A DNA stretch of 64,000 nt, from positions 8,618,001 through 8,682,000 of the forward strand of contig NC_043018.1 in NCBI RefSeq assembly GCF_006345805.1, written 5' to 3'. Both the position numbers and the translations under genes were made by a program. Below the pieces are notes generated by a model that saw nothing but the letters and a program-made list of their open reading frames with translations, searched no databases and was not told the origin of the DNA. This DNA comes from Octopus sinensis. Taxonomy: Eukaryota. Shown piece by piece: positions 1 to 11,937 of this stretch (positions are counted from its first letter, which is position 1; each line of letters begins with the position of its first letter).

Positions 1-336
1 AGTATCGATCTATTGCATTTCAATCTGTTTTAGGGTTAGGGTGGGGAAAGGTATCTTTTTTTCTTCAGAAATGTAAATAAACCCAATCAGTTTCTTAAAT
101 GAGGGACATATTCATACGGCACAGAATGTTTTCACCTCAATAGACGGTTGTTGTTTGGTTGAAATTTCCGAAATACAAGAAATTAAAGACCAAATATCTT
201 ACAAACTATAGAATTTTCTCAATAAAGCCAAAGGAAAAAGATGCTTTATAAACACATTCTACCAGTATATGAAGTTTAAAATTTTTTAGTTACCTAGAAA
301 TTATGTTAAAAACTGCCGTTCAAACCGAAAAGATCC
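1..336 (-). mobile_element. Same 400-bp MITE, reverse orientation, truncated by window start
   Basis: Ends AAAAACTGCCGTTCAAACCGAAAAGATCC and is the reverse complement of the 16803 copy. Confidence 0.85.
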
Positions 337-342
337 AATGCT

Positions 343-378
<36 letters not shown>

Positions 379-938
379 TATAGTTGTGGATCCAGATCTA
401 TGAATATTTATTTATATATGTATGTAGATGAAGATCTCTCTTGACTAAGGATAAGCACTTCACAAGTTACGTACAACAAATTTCAAAGTGCCACGTAAAA
501 AGCACCCAGCCCCCTTTGCTGGGTGGTTGGTGTTAGGAAGGGTGTATAGCTATAAAAATAATGCCAAAACAAGACACAGAAGTACGATGCAGGCTTCTGC
601 TTGGCCAGCTTCTGTAAAACCGTCCAACCTATGCCAACTTGGACGGAGGATGTTAAATGGTGATGAGGATGATGAACGTCACATCCCCAGAGTAAGCAGC
701 CACTGCCTACAGACACTTACTGAGCACAGACCTGTTTATTCTTACCAACTTTCATTGATCTTTCAACAAATTACAGGAGGACATCACACTCCTCTCCATC
801 CTCAACCATCCTTTCCCAGTGGAACTCGAAACAAAATCAATGTGGTCTTAGCCAAAGAAGAAAGTCTCTACTACACAACCATTTTTGTCCATGACCACCA
901 CGCAGAGGAATACTGCCAAACATTCCTGGCTCAATTAA

Positions 939-1158
939 CCCTTTCGTTACCAACCGGCTAAAACTGGCTTTGGTTCTGTAGTATAAATGTCTTCTTTTCA
1001 TAAGTTTGGAATTAAAATCTTCTACCAAACCTTAGTCACAATTTATGTTCCTAACACTAGCTTAATTATAACGATGTTATTTTACTAAATTCTTTGTTAT
1101 ATTTAAAATAATTGAAAGAAACTCAGAGCATCTCAAAATAAATACAGTAATGAAAGGG
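939..1158. mobile_element. piggyBac-type MITE (variant 1)
   Basis: TTAA-CCCTTT...AAAGGG-TTAA. Close copy at 29135-29349. Confidence 0.85.
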
Positions 1159-1309
1159 TTAAAGCAGCAAGGTAACCCTCATGATGGACTTGGCCAAGAA
1201 AGATCCATTCTACTTATGATGACAGCTGTTTGACAAAGCTCCACAAGTCAGCAATGCTGAGACATGCACAGGTAACAACAGGAAGATGATGACAAATAGT
1301 AGAACAAAC

Positions 1310-1454
1310 CTTTGCAGCCCTTGGACGCTTGCAAGCACGTTTATATAAGGCATCTGTTGCCAGTTTTGTCCGCCGGAGAACAAACTCAAATGATGGTCCC
1401 ATGTCAGAGAGGTCAATATAAGGAGTGCGGGAACCAGACTTCTTCAATGATATT
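1310..1454 (-). CDS. RPF2: RPF2 coding exon 9 (ISLKKSGSRTPYIDLSDMGPSFEFVLRRTKLATDALYKRACKRPRAAK); terminal exon expected left of window
   Basis: 145 nt, acceptor tatttctag, donor gtttgt. Brix C-terminal signature KKSG.RTP.I.L..MGPS...LRRT.LA. Overlaps track ORF 1214-1447(-). Confidence 0.95.
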
Positions 1455-2202
1455 CTAGAAATAAAGCAGAAAAAAAAAATGTACTCAAGTTAAATATATA
1501 TGTGTTTGTGTGTTCACACACAAAATAAGAAATATGGAACCAAGTCAAACTGTTATTAAATAACATATAGGGCTGGCCAAAAGTCACCCGACACTGAATC
1601 AAAATTCCATAAATACTCTCTGTAATTCTGTATTGACTCGAATGGAAAAAAGGTGTCGCTTAAGAAGGACTTCAGTTTGAACAATTTTCATGACGTTTCA
1701 TATTTACTAAATATCATATAAGATCAAATGTAGATTTATTGAGGTGCTTTTTGTGTGGCACCAGCACCATTGCTTTTTACATGATACCTAGGGTCAAAAA
1801 ATCATCCTGGGTTTTATCTGTGAAGTTGGGCCAATATTACATGCTTTAATGCACTAAAAACATTTGTCCCCAAATATTTGCTGCCAAAATTGGGTTGCAT
1901 CTAATATGCTCTTGCGTCTTCTAAGCCATCAGATATATTAAGTCTTTTATACTTGCATAACTTTTCTAATGAAAAGTACTTAATTGTAAAAAAATAAAGA
2001 GGGTTCATATTGCTGCTATTGACTATGCCTGAGCCCAGGTCAACTCCTGATCCTAAAGACATGATGGTCAAAAGAACTCCAGATATGGCCATCCTGATTT
2101 TATTTCTTGCACAGGCCATGATGATGACATTCAGGTGTTTGATCAGCAGAACTACTGATTTGTTAGATTAGCATATAAGTGGCTGAGTATTCCACAGGTA
2201 AT

Positions 2203-2675
2203 GAGCTGGCAGAAACGTTAGCACGCCGGGCGAAATGAGTAGCCGTAATTCGTCTGTCGTTACGTTGTGAGTTCAAATTCCGCCGAGGTCGACTTTGCCT
2301 TTCATCCTTTCGGGGTCGATAAGTTAAGTACCAGTTACGCACTGGGGTCGATGTAATCAACTTAATACCTATTTCTTTATTACCCACAAGGGCTAAACAT
2401 AGAGGGGACAAACAAGGACAGACATAGGTATTAAGTCGATTACATCGACCCCAGTGCGTAACTGGTGCTTAATTTATCGACCCTGAAGGATAAAGGCAAG
2501 TTGACCTCGGTGGAATTGAACTCACAACGTAACGGCAGACGAAATACCGCTAGTATTTCCCCGGCGTGCTAACGTTTCTGCCAGCTCGCCGCCTTTTAAG
2601 TAATCAACTTAATACCTATGTCTGTCTTTGTCCCTTCTATGTTTAGCCCCTTGTGGGTAATAAAGAAATAGGTAA
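2203..2675. mobile_element. SINE family B (tRNA head, MetaSINE-like core): minus copy nested in a plus copy
   Basis: Core GCCTTTCATCCTTTCGGGGTCGATAAATTAAGTACCAG. 20-bp TSD GTAATCAACTTAATACCTAT brackets the inner copy. Confidence 0.85.
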
Positions 2676-3772
2676 TGAGCATTCTTGACATAATTTTCAG
2701 ACAGATTCAGTGCAACGACATAAGTCAAAGCCGGACCTTTGGATTATAAGCAACAATCCATTCCGCCCATGCCACCCAACTTCCATCAAACCAATCAACC
2801 CTGGTGGTAGACACCCACCCAAGATGCTGTACATGCAGTTGAATTGAAAGCAGGACCTTATGATTGCAAAGCAGTGTTCTTATCCATTTGGCCACGCCTG
2901 ACACTGTCGTTGTCATCACCACCAACACCTGGATATTACCGTCTTGGCTTCTAGGACTGATGGGACCAGTTACCTGGTTTCCATGGTGTATGTGGTGGGA
3001 CCGAGATCGCAATATTCTCCCTGAATGAGATGCCAGGCCATTACAGGGTTACTTTTTTACACCTGAGTATAGAATAAGTACTAGGCTTCCAAAGAATAAG
3101 CCCTGGGGTCGATTTGCTTGACTAAAGGCAGTGCTCCAGCATGGCCGCAATCAAATAACTGAAACAAATAAAAGAATAAAAGAAAAAAAAAGACACTGAC
3201 AATGTCACCAATCTGGACTGGTTCTGTATTTACTAAACCTGGAATAATGAAAAGTGAAGGTGACTGGCCAAGTGATTAGAATGCTGCACTCACAATTGCG
3301 AGATAGCGGTTTCAATTCCCTGACAGGAAGGTGTGTTGTGTTTATGAACAAAACTTTTCATTTCACATTGCACAAGTTCACTAAGCAGCAAATGAGTGGC
3401 CCTGCAATGGACTGGCATTTCATTCAGAGGTACTGCAGTAATCTTGGTCATTTATGCACCATAGAAGCCAGGTAGCAAGCCCCCTAGGACTTCAGACAAT
3501 AAAATCCAGGAGTTGATGACTGATGAAAAATGACCCCAGTAGAATTTGAACTCACAGTGAAGTGAAGTGAAAAAAAGTTTTGCAAAATATTCTATTTGAC
3601 TTAAATGACTTTGCCATTAGAAAAAATGGATGAGGTGTGGGGGGACAGGGACATTTTTGACCAAAGGTTTATTTGAATACAGTTGACCAGGGGCTAAACA
3701 GCTACAATATTCTAGCTTCAGTAGTTCAATACCTTACCAAACACACTGTAACTAATGTAACTTAAAAAAAAG

Positions 3773-4164
3773 GGATCTTTTCGGTTTGAACGGCAGTTTT
3801 TAACATAATTTCTTGGTAACTAAAAGATTTTAAACTTCGTATACTGGTAGAATGTGTTTATAAAACATCTTTTTCTCTTGGCATTATTGAGAAAATTCTA
3901 TAGTTTGTAAGATATTTGTTGTTTTTTTTCTTCAATTTCTGCAATTTCAACCAATCAATGACGTCTATTGAGTTAAAAAGCATTCTGTGCTGTATGAATA
4001 TGTCCCTCGTTTAAGAAACTGATTGAGTTTATTTACATTTGTGAAGAAAAAAAAAATGCCTTTCCCAGATTGAAATGCAATATATCGATACTAGGGTCAT
4101 AATTATGGGTGACAATTTCATATGACACTGCTAGAAAAAACTGCCGTTCAAACTGAAAAGATCC
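3773..4164 (+). mobile_element. About 400-bp MITE with GGATCTTTTCGGTTTGAACGGCAGTTTTT TIRs
   Basis: TIRs read at both ends. Other copies at 16803-17221 and 1-336 (reverse, cut by window edge). TSD unclear, so superfamily unassigned. Confidence 0.85.
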
Positions 4165-4222
4165 CCAAAAAGATAGGGGAGAGAGAGCAGGGCTTTTGTG
4201 TACATATATAAAAATGACTTAC

Positions 4223-4325
4223 TTATAATTCCGCATGTAAATCTTGCCATCTGCTGCAACGAACATGATCACATGTTCCAACCCAGCCAGACGTACATTA
4301 TCGACAACAGCACCACGAAAGAAGT
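4223..4325 (-). CDS. RPF2: RPF2 coding exon 8 (DFFRGAVVDNVRLAGLEHVIMFVAADGKIYMRNYK)
   Basis: 103 nt, acceptor ttattatag, donor gtaagt. Motif DFFRG....RLAGLE. Confidence 0.96.
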
Positions 4326-4416
4326 CTATAATAAAAGACAAAGAATGGAAATATTATCCATAAGCCTTGTGAGTGGATTTGTTAGACGTGTATATATGTG
4401 TGTGTGTGTGTGACGT

Positions 4417-4790
4417 GGAGGTGCAATGGTCCAGTGGTTAGGGCAGCGGACTCGCAGTCGTAGGATCGCGGTTTCGATTCCCAGACCGGGCGTTGTGAGT
4501 GTTTATTGAGCGAAAACACCTAAAAGCTCCACGAGGCTCCGGCAGAGGATGGTGGTGATCCCTGCTGTACTCTTTCACCACAACTTTCTCCTTCTTCCTG
4601 TTTCTGTTGTACCCGTATTTCAAAAGGCCGGCCTTGTCACTCTCTGTGTCACGCTGAATATCCCCGAGAACTACGTTAAGGGTACACGTGTCTGTGGAAT
4701 GCTCAGCCACTTACACGTTAATTTCACGAGCAGGCTGTTCCGTTGATCGGATCAACCGGAACCCTCGTCGTCGTAACCGACGGAGTGCTT
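4417..4790 (+). mobile_element. SINE family D (tRNA-like head)
   Basis: Head GGAGGTGCAATGGTCCAGTGGTTAGGGCAGCGGACTC..GGTTTCGATTCCC. The 3' half recurs at about 25855-26005. Confidence 0.75.
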
Positions 4791-5407
4791 CTAAAAAAAA
4801 AAATGTGTGTGTGTTTGTGTTTGTCTCCCACTATCGCTGACAACTGATGTTTGGTGAGTTTACATTCCTGTAACCTCATACTAGAAGCTCGTCAACGGAG
4901 ACACAGTTCACACAGTATCAAGATATATGTAAACCTACGTAGTAGACACATAAACACTCACAAATATGATGTAGAAGACAGGGAAATGTTGTATCATCTT
5001 TGGGAATGGATCATAATATTTGTTATAAACCATATGTATTTTTTGTTTTTTGTTTTCCTAAATCCTACAAAACAGCTAATGAAATACATGAACGGAGTGT
5101 GTTTAGAACAATAAGATAAAAACATAGAACTCAGAACGTAAAGACAGACAAAATACTGCTAAGCGTTTTGCCTGGTGTGCTAATGTTCCTGCCAGCTTGG
5201 GCAACCTGGACATCAAGAGAAGGACTTTCCAAGGAAATACACACAAAACTGTATGCACAAGGCTTTGGTCGACCCAAGATGCCACACAGCTGGATCGAAC
5301 CCAGATGCAAAACTAACTTAGTAACCAAATAGCCATGCCTGTCAAATATTTGAAATATTGAATCGATATAAAAATAAAAGGATGTCATCATCAATACAAT
5401 AACTTAC

Positions 5408-5507
5408 CAACAAATAAATTCTTTAATCGTACATAATCAGCATCTTGTTCAAATGGATCTCCAGCAAATAAAAGACATGGCTTGGTTCCCAAAGAGACTT
5501 TGGAACT
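5408..5507 (-). CDS. RPF2: RPF2 coding exon 7 (SSKVSLGTKPCLLFAGDPFEQDADYVRLKNLFV)
   Basis: 100 nt, acceptor cttttgcag, donor gtaagt. Motif GTKPxLxFAGD. Confidence 0.95.
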
Positions 5508-5656
5508 CTGCAAAAGAAGAAATAGTTTTTTAAAAATCAGTTGATTTTTTTTTCTTATTATTACTTTTCAGTTTTGAATTTTAGAAATATTGCATTCCTA
5601 AATCTCTCAGAGAGAGTTATGCAGTAGCAGCACGATAAAGTGATGGCTTGTTGCCA

Positions 5657-5862
5657 TTAATATGGCAGTCCCAGGAAAGGGAAGAGTGCTACTGCTATTT
5701 AGCTCCAAGAAACACCATTTCTAAGGACACAAGAGTTCTGTGTCCTTAAGTTCTCAAACAGGGGAGATAAGCACCTCCACCCAACAAAGCCAGCATTCAG
5801 ATGGTGTTTCTTGGAGCTAAACAGCAGTAGCACTCTTCCCTTTCGTGGGACTGCCACATTAA
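5657..5862. mobile_element. Fold-back MITE with about 62-bp TIRs
   Basis: TTAATATGGCAGTCCCAGGAAAGGGAAGAGTGCTACTGC..CACCAT mirrored at 5800-5862. Inner hairpin TAAGGACACA/TGTGTCCTTA. Confidence 0.8.
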
Positions 5863-6766
5863 GTTGGCAACAAACCAACATTTTTGAATTTGTTTTGCAA
5901 GAATTTTGCTGTTTAATAAGCAAGTGTTGATATTATTATACTTCAGAGAGTGCCATCATTTAACCAATAAAACACACATTAGTTAGGCTTGGTTCAGTTT
6001 TATTAATTAATCAATAAACCAATAGACTGTGTGGTAAGAAGTTTGCATCCCAACAGCATGGTTTTGGGTTCAGTCCCAAATTGTGACACCTGGGGCTGTC
6101 AACCAAAGCCTTCCGAGTGAATTTGGTAGAAGGAAACTGTGTCGAAGTCCATCATGTATCATCCTCTTCATTCAATGTCCATTTTCCATGTTGGCATGAG
6201 TTGGACGGTTTGATCAGAGCTGGCAAGCGGAACTGCACCAGGTTCCAGTCTGATTTGGCCCTGGTTTCTATAGTTGGATGCCCTTCCTAATGGCAACTTA
6301 TTTTACAGAGTGTAGCGGGTGCTTTTTATGTGGCACCAGCATGGATGATTTATACCTGTCACCAGTACAAGAGGTATTTACTTGGCACCAACACAGATGC
6401 TTTTACATGGCATCAGCATGGGGCTCATGTGGGCCAATCCTTTTCAGCAAGGGAAGCAGCAAGTCTCCTTGTCTTGATATGACATAATAGAAATAGATGT
6501 AAATGAGTGTCACTGTTATGCAAGCGGTGTAATGCATTTCCAGTCTTTCATGATGGAATATAATGTAACAACATGTGGAGTGTTGGCAATTTTTTTCCTC
6601 CAGCCTTCTTTTCTCTTGGACTTTCCTCTGTATCCTGTTTCTGACAAAGAGCTTTGCTTGAAATGTAAAACTAATTTCTTTCCTTCCTTGAGTGTTTGCT
6701 AATACTTTGCATGTACCACCCCCTTACATTGTTTTTTTCTTGTGATTTTCCTTCTTTTTTTTTTTG

Positions 6767-7029
6767 GATCGCCTGGGCCCCGTGCTGGTGGCACGTAAAA
6801 AGCACCATCCGAACATGGCCGTTTGCCAGCCTCGTCTGGCACTTGTGCTGGTGGCACGTAAAAAGCAACCACTACACTCACGGAGTGGTTGGAGTTAGGA
6901 AGGGCATCCAGCTGTAGAAACATTGCCAGATCAGACTGGGCCTGGTGCAGCCTTCTGGCTTCCCAGACTCCAGTTGAACCGTCCAACCCATGCTAGCATG
7001 GAAAACGGACGTTAAACGATGATGATGAT
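6767..7029 (+). mobile_element. SINE-like family C ((GAT)n tail, variable 5' tandem units)
   Basis: GTGCCGGTGGCACGTAAAAAGCACC units + GGTTGGCGTTAGGAAGGGCATCCAGCTGTAGAAAC + ACGTTAAACGATGATGAT. More than 14 copies. Confidence 0.8.
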
Positions 7030-7304
7030 TAATTATATATAAAAACAAAACTGAAGACACATAGGCAAATGAGACAACTCACATCAGGTCCCTTTTTGGG
7101 GACATCTCTGTTTCGTCATCATTGTGATTTTTCAATGCCACATACCGAACAAGGCTTGCTGCATGCTATATCGCTGACTGTGACTTTATGCTAAATGGTT
7201 TGAAAACCATCTGCTGGCATGTCCCAATGTTTCATGCCACAGGACAAAAAATGTCAAATATGAATTAGAAGCTGACTTCCTCAAAGACAAATTCATGTAT
7301 TTAC

Positions 7305-7381
7305 CTTCTCATCCATCATTGATTTGAACTCTTCCACTCCTAATTCTATCATGTCCATCACATGATGATCAAAAAATCGAC
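7305..7381 (-). CDS. RPF2: RPF2 coding exon 6 (GRFFDHHVMDMIELGVEEFKSMMDEK)
   Basis: 77 nt, T-tract acceptor ...ccttaag, donor gtaaat. Motif GRxxDxHVxDMIELG. Confidence 0.95.
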
Positions 7382-7509
7382 CTTAAGGATACAAAAAAAA
7401 AAAAAAAAAAAAAGGATCAAATATAGCGAATGGTATTTTTCTGAAGAAAAACACACATACAAAGATTATCTTGGAAATAATAAATAACAACAATAGATTA
7501 ATTCTTTAC

Positions 7510-7591
7510 CAAAGACTAAATTTGCAGGTTTTTTCTTGGAATGTGAGCCAAACAAAAACAAGGAAGCATCAGATCTGCCAGAAAAAAAATC
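7510..7591 (-). CDS. RPF2: RPF2 coding exon 5 (DFFSGRSDASLFLFGSHSKKKPANLVF)
   Basis: 82 nt, acceptor aatttcag, donor gtaaag. Brix motif SLFxFGSHxKKxP. Confidence 0.95.
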
Positions 7592-7689
7592 CTGAAATTG
7601 AAAATAATAAAAATAGATTAAAAAATAATTAATTAAAGTTAAATAAAGAATTTTAAAAAATGAATTATTAGCGTTGAAAGTAGTATTAA

Positions 7690-8563
7690 TCCTTTAGCAT
7701 TTAAACTGGCCAAAATATTCTGGCTGTTTTTGTCCAAACCAGCCAGATCTAGCCTCTCACACCTACCTTACAATGTCATTCTAAAACTAAACTATCACAT
7801 CATTGAAATCTCGAAGCCACGAGATACTGCATCATCATCATCATCGTCGTTTACTGTCCGCTTTCCATGCTAGCATGGGTTGGACAATTTGACTGAGATC
7901 TGGCGAACCAGATGACTGCACCAGACTCCTGGCAGAGTTTCTACAGCTGGATGCCCTTCCTAACGCTAACCACTCCGAGAGTGTAGAGGGTGCTTTTATG
8001 TGCCACCAGCAGAAATGTTAGCGCGCTGGGCGAAATACTTAGCGGTATTTCGTCTGTCGTTACGTTCTGAGTTCAAATTCCGCCGAGGTCGACTTTACCT
8101 TTCATCCTTTCGGGGTCGATAAATAAAGTACCAGTTTCGCACTGGGGTCGATGTAATCGACTTACTCCCTTTGTCTGTCCTTGTTTGTGCCCTCTAGGTC
8201 TAGCCCTTTGAGGGCAGTAAAGAAATATTTATGTGCCACCAGCATGAGGGCCAGTCAGATGGTACTGGCAACGGCCACGCTCAAATGGTGTTTTTTATGT
8301 GCCACCTGCACAGGAGCCAGTCCAGCATCACTGGCAACGACCTTGCTCGAATGTTTTTGCACGTGTCACCAGCACAAGTGCCAGTAAGGCGACGCAGGTA
8401 ACGATCACGCTTGAATGATGCTTTTTACGTGCGATCGGAATGGAGGTCAGCTTGTTGCTCTGGCAACGATCTCACTCATATGGTACTCTTAGCGCTTGAT
8501 TAATCCAAAACAATGTGAATGAAAAAGTATTACTTTTGACAGAATAATCTGAATCCTAAAGGG
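7690..8563. mobile_element. piggyBac-type MITE (variant 2) interrupted by SINE C, itself interrupted by SINE B
   Basis: TTAA-(T/C)CCTTTAGCATT...CTAAAGGG-TTAA. SINE C about 7830-8497, SINE B about 8012-8226. Confidence 0.8.
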
Positions 8564-8669
8564 TTAATACAAAAAGCTAATCTTTACATCCAATTTAACA
8601 TGGGTGTCTTGTTAAAACATTGCATGCTTGTTATTAACCTTGAGAAATCTTTTCATTCAGGATCTTGGT

Positions 8670-8756
8670 ATCTAAAAGGACACACATGGATCACAGCAGT
8701 CTAAAAGGACACACATGGATCACAGCAGTCTAAAAGGACACACATGGATCACAGCA
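8670..8756. repeat. 29-bp tandem repeat x3 (TCTAAAAGGACACACATGGATCACAGCAG)
   Basis: Three near-identical units in an RPF2 intron. Confidence 0.9.
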
Positions 8757-9219
8757 TGAGAATTGCCTGTCATGGGCACTGGAACTCTAGCATTACATGA
8801 TTCCATTCAACTGGAAATCATCAGTGGGAGAGATGGCATCTCAAATAACCAATTTTTAATAAGCTTGCTGGCTATTTGTGACTTCAGAGTCTAAAAAGAT
8901 GCTGATGTTTTATATATCATAGTAGTGAGATTTGACTGGTAACCAGATACCTTACATTGATTTCCAACAGACTGAAATCATGCGATATGGGAGTCCTGGC
9001 GCCCACGACAGACTATTCCTGTCTGTGATGATCCATGTGTGTGCTTTAACCCTTTAGCATTGAACTGTAAAAGGTTCTTCATTCACATTGGTTTGAAGGA
9101 ATCATGCATTATCTCATAGCTTTCGGATATCAACGATGTGGTAGCTTATGTTTTGAATACAGTTGTAGGGCAGATATATGAAGCCTGATCTGGTTGGTTT
9201 CATCATAAAACAAGTAGAA

Positions 9220-9849
9220 CAGTGGTTCCCAAACTTTTTAGAGTCGCGACCCACTATTTATCACACCAGTTTATGACGACCCAATTAACTCTACTGATTA
9301 AAAACATTAATGAAATTACCAAATCTATTTCAGATTACATCTTCAGTGAGGCCTGTGAGAAGGATGAGCCCCCTGGTGATCCCTTCTATACTTTTTAAAG
9401 AATTTATAAACTTACTAGTGAAATCCATAATGTCTTCTTTATTTAATTTTTTTGCTATTTATATTAAATGTGAAACAAAACGTTTTATAACTGTTTTCAA
9501 CGTCTCTATACCTTATGTGTAAATACTAACGCTAATACAAAACCTTGAAGTAGTACCTGTTATCAGCTCAATCAGTATTATACTTCACCTAGTTAAAGTT
9601 CTCTGTAAATAGGTAAAAACAGGCCTTTCCTTTTTACGATTATGTACGAATAAATAACTTGAGAAAATGACAACCTCTGATTTGTTAAGTTCGTGAAAAA
9701 GCCTACTGCTTGATAAAACAACAAGTCTGGTATTGAAAACATAAGTCTTGAACTATCTCGATAGACAGCAGGTAATCAAAGCTAATGCGTAATTTAATAA
9801 CTTTTTGCGACCCATCTGTGGGTCGCAACTCATAGTTTGGGAACCACTG
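9220..9849. mobile_element. hAT (Charlie-like) MITE inserted in a piggyBac-type MITE
   Basis: TIR CAGTGGTTCCCAAAC / GTTTGGGAACCACTG. Perfect 8-bp TSD AAGTAGAA (9212-19, 9850-57). Confidence 0.9.
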
Positions 9850-10143
9850 AAGTAGAATATTTGGGTCGGATATGACTGGTATGAATATTAAACAGCTAAT
9901 GCCACAATCTACGGGTATACTTTTATGCTTGAAGTTCCAATATGAGATCTCTCAAGGCTAATAACAGTATTAGGTGTCCTCACATGACATCCACGATAAG
10001 ATGAATGCATAATTTAATAGCAAAATATATAAATACTTCAAATACAGGAATTTTCTCCAGAAAAAACATTCGTTTATTCCAATTTTTCTCTATTTATAAT
10101 AAAATTAATTACAAATTCGAAGTTGCAACATAAATAAGTTTAA

Positions 10144-10363
10144 CCCTTTAGTGTTTAAACCGGCCATGTCCAGCTAAAATATTTTACCTATTTTATGTTC
10201 AAACTAGTCAGATATGGTCATTCATAGCTATTTTATTGTGTCATTTTAAAAATAAAGAATCACATCATTGAAATCTCAAAGCCATGAAATGATACAAGAT
10301 TAATTTTACATGGTGTGAATACATAAGCTTTACATTTTACAGAATAATCTGAATGCTAAAGGG
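10144..10363. mobile_element. piggyBac-type MITE (variant 2)
   Basis: TTAA TSDs at 10140-43 and 10364-67. TIR CCCTTTAG / CTAAAGGG. Confidence 0.85.
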
Positions 10364-11315
10364 TTAAACTCAATTTTACAACCTGTTGTCACTGAACAAA
10401 TTCTTAGAGCATGGAATTTTTAAATCGCCTGTTTTATACCTTTTACCTGTTTTAGACATTGAACTGTGGCTATGCTGAGTCACTGTTGAACAAATTAACT
10501 GTAGTAGATATTTTTTAAGTTTGATATGTTATCAGTCTCTTTTGCCAAAATTACTAAGTAACGGGGACGTAATCAAACAAGCACCAGTTGTCAAACAGCA
10601 ATGGTGGGGACAAAGAAACATACACACATCTATATCTACATATATATCATAATCACTCAGACACATCTGATTCTGTTAAACCATCCAATCCATACCAGCA
10701 TTAAATGATGATGATATATCTGTCTCCCTATCTATATATATGTGTGTGTATATATATATATTGAACGTGGCCGATGCCAGCGCTGCCTTGACTGGCTTCC
10801 GTGCCGGTGGCACGTAAAAAGCACCAATCCGATCGTGGTTGTTGCCAGCCTCGCTTGGCACCTGTGCCGGTGGCACGTAAAAACACCCACTACACTCATG
10901 GAGTGGTTGGCGTTAGGAAGGGCATCCAGCTGTAGAAACACTGCCAGATCAGATTGGAGCCTGGTGCAGCCTTCTGACTTCCCAGATCCCCAGTCGAACC
11001 GTCCAACCCATGCTAGCATGGAAAATGGACGTTAAACGATGATGATGATGATGATGATGATATATATACACACACATACAATGGGCTTCTAGACAGTTTT
11101 CATCATCAACCAAATTCACTCACATGGCATTGGTTGGCCCAGGGCTATAATAGAAGACATATGCCCAAGGTGCTGTGTAGTGGGACTGAACTCAAAACCA
11201 CATAGTTACAAACCAAGCTTCCTATCTGCACGGCCATTGCCTGCACAAATTATACTTGGATAATTTCCATAAATCAATCAAAATATTACGAAACTCTAAA
11301 ATTTCCGGTACTTAC

Positions 11316-11355
11316 CAAAGAATTTTCACTCTCAAATGGCCGAATAATATTTTTC
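11316..11355 (-). CDS. RPF2: RPF2 coding exon 4 (KNIIRPFESENSL)
   Basis: 40 nt, acceptor ttttcttag, donor gtaagt. Conserved KN.xRPFE motif. Confidence 0.95.
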
Positions 11356-11562
11356 CTAAGAAAACAAAAATAATTAAACATTATTACTATTATTATTATT
11401 ATATGCATGATTTAATAGCAAAGATATATAAATACTTCAAATACAGGAATTTTCTCCAGACAAACATTTGTTTATTCCAATTTTCTCTATTTTTCTTCCT
11501 TCATGTAATTTGCAATTTATGGAAAAAATATTAGGGAGGCAAGCTAGTGGAATCATTAACAC

Positions 11563-11937
11563 ACTCTTTTACTTGTTTCAGTCATTTGACTGTGGCCATG
11601 CTGGAGCACCGCCTTTAGTCGAGCAAATCAACCCCAGGACTTATTCTTTGTAAGCCTAGTACTTGTTCTATCAGTCTCTTTTGCTGAACTGCTAAGTTAC
11701 GAGGATGTAAACACACCAGCATCAGTTGCCAAGCGATGTTAGGGGGACAAACACAGACACACAAACACATATACGACGGGCTTCTTTCAGTTTCCGTCTA
11801 CCAAATCCAATCACAAGGCTTTGGTCGGCCCGAGGCTATAGTAGAAGACACTTGCCCAAGGTGCCATGTAATGGGACTGAACCCGGAACCCTGTGGTTCG
11901 TAAGCAAGCTACTTACCACACAACCACTCTTACGCCT
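11563..11937 (-). mobile_element. SINE family A (tRNA-like head, internal microsatellite, AAAGAGT tail)
   Basis: Head GGCGCAGGAGTGGCTGTGTGGT..GGTTCAGTCCC (A/B boxes). More than 12 copies in the window. Confidence 0.85.

Noticed and set aside
4417-4490. Possible tRNA gene
   Set aside because: A/B boxes present but no closed acceptor stem, and it continues into SINE body. The same holds for heads of families A and B.
7081-7125. Intronic C/D snoRNA in RPF2 (ATGATGA...CTGA on minus)
   Set aside because: Boxes are only about 40 nt apart with no terminal stem. A similar plus-strand pair at 2107-2158 is on the wrong strand and too short.
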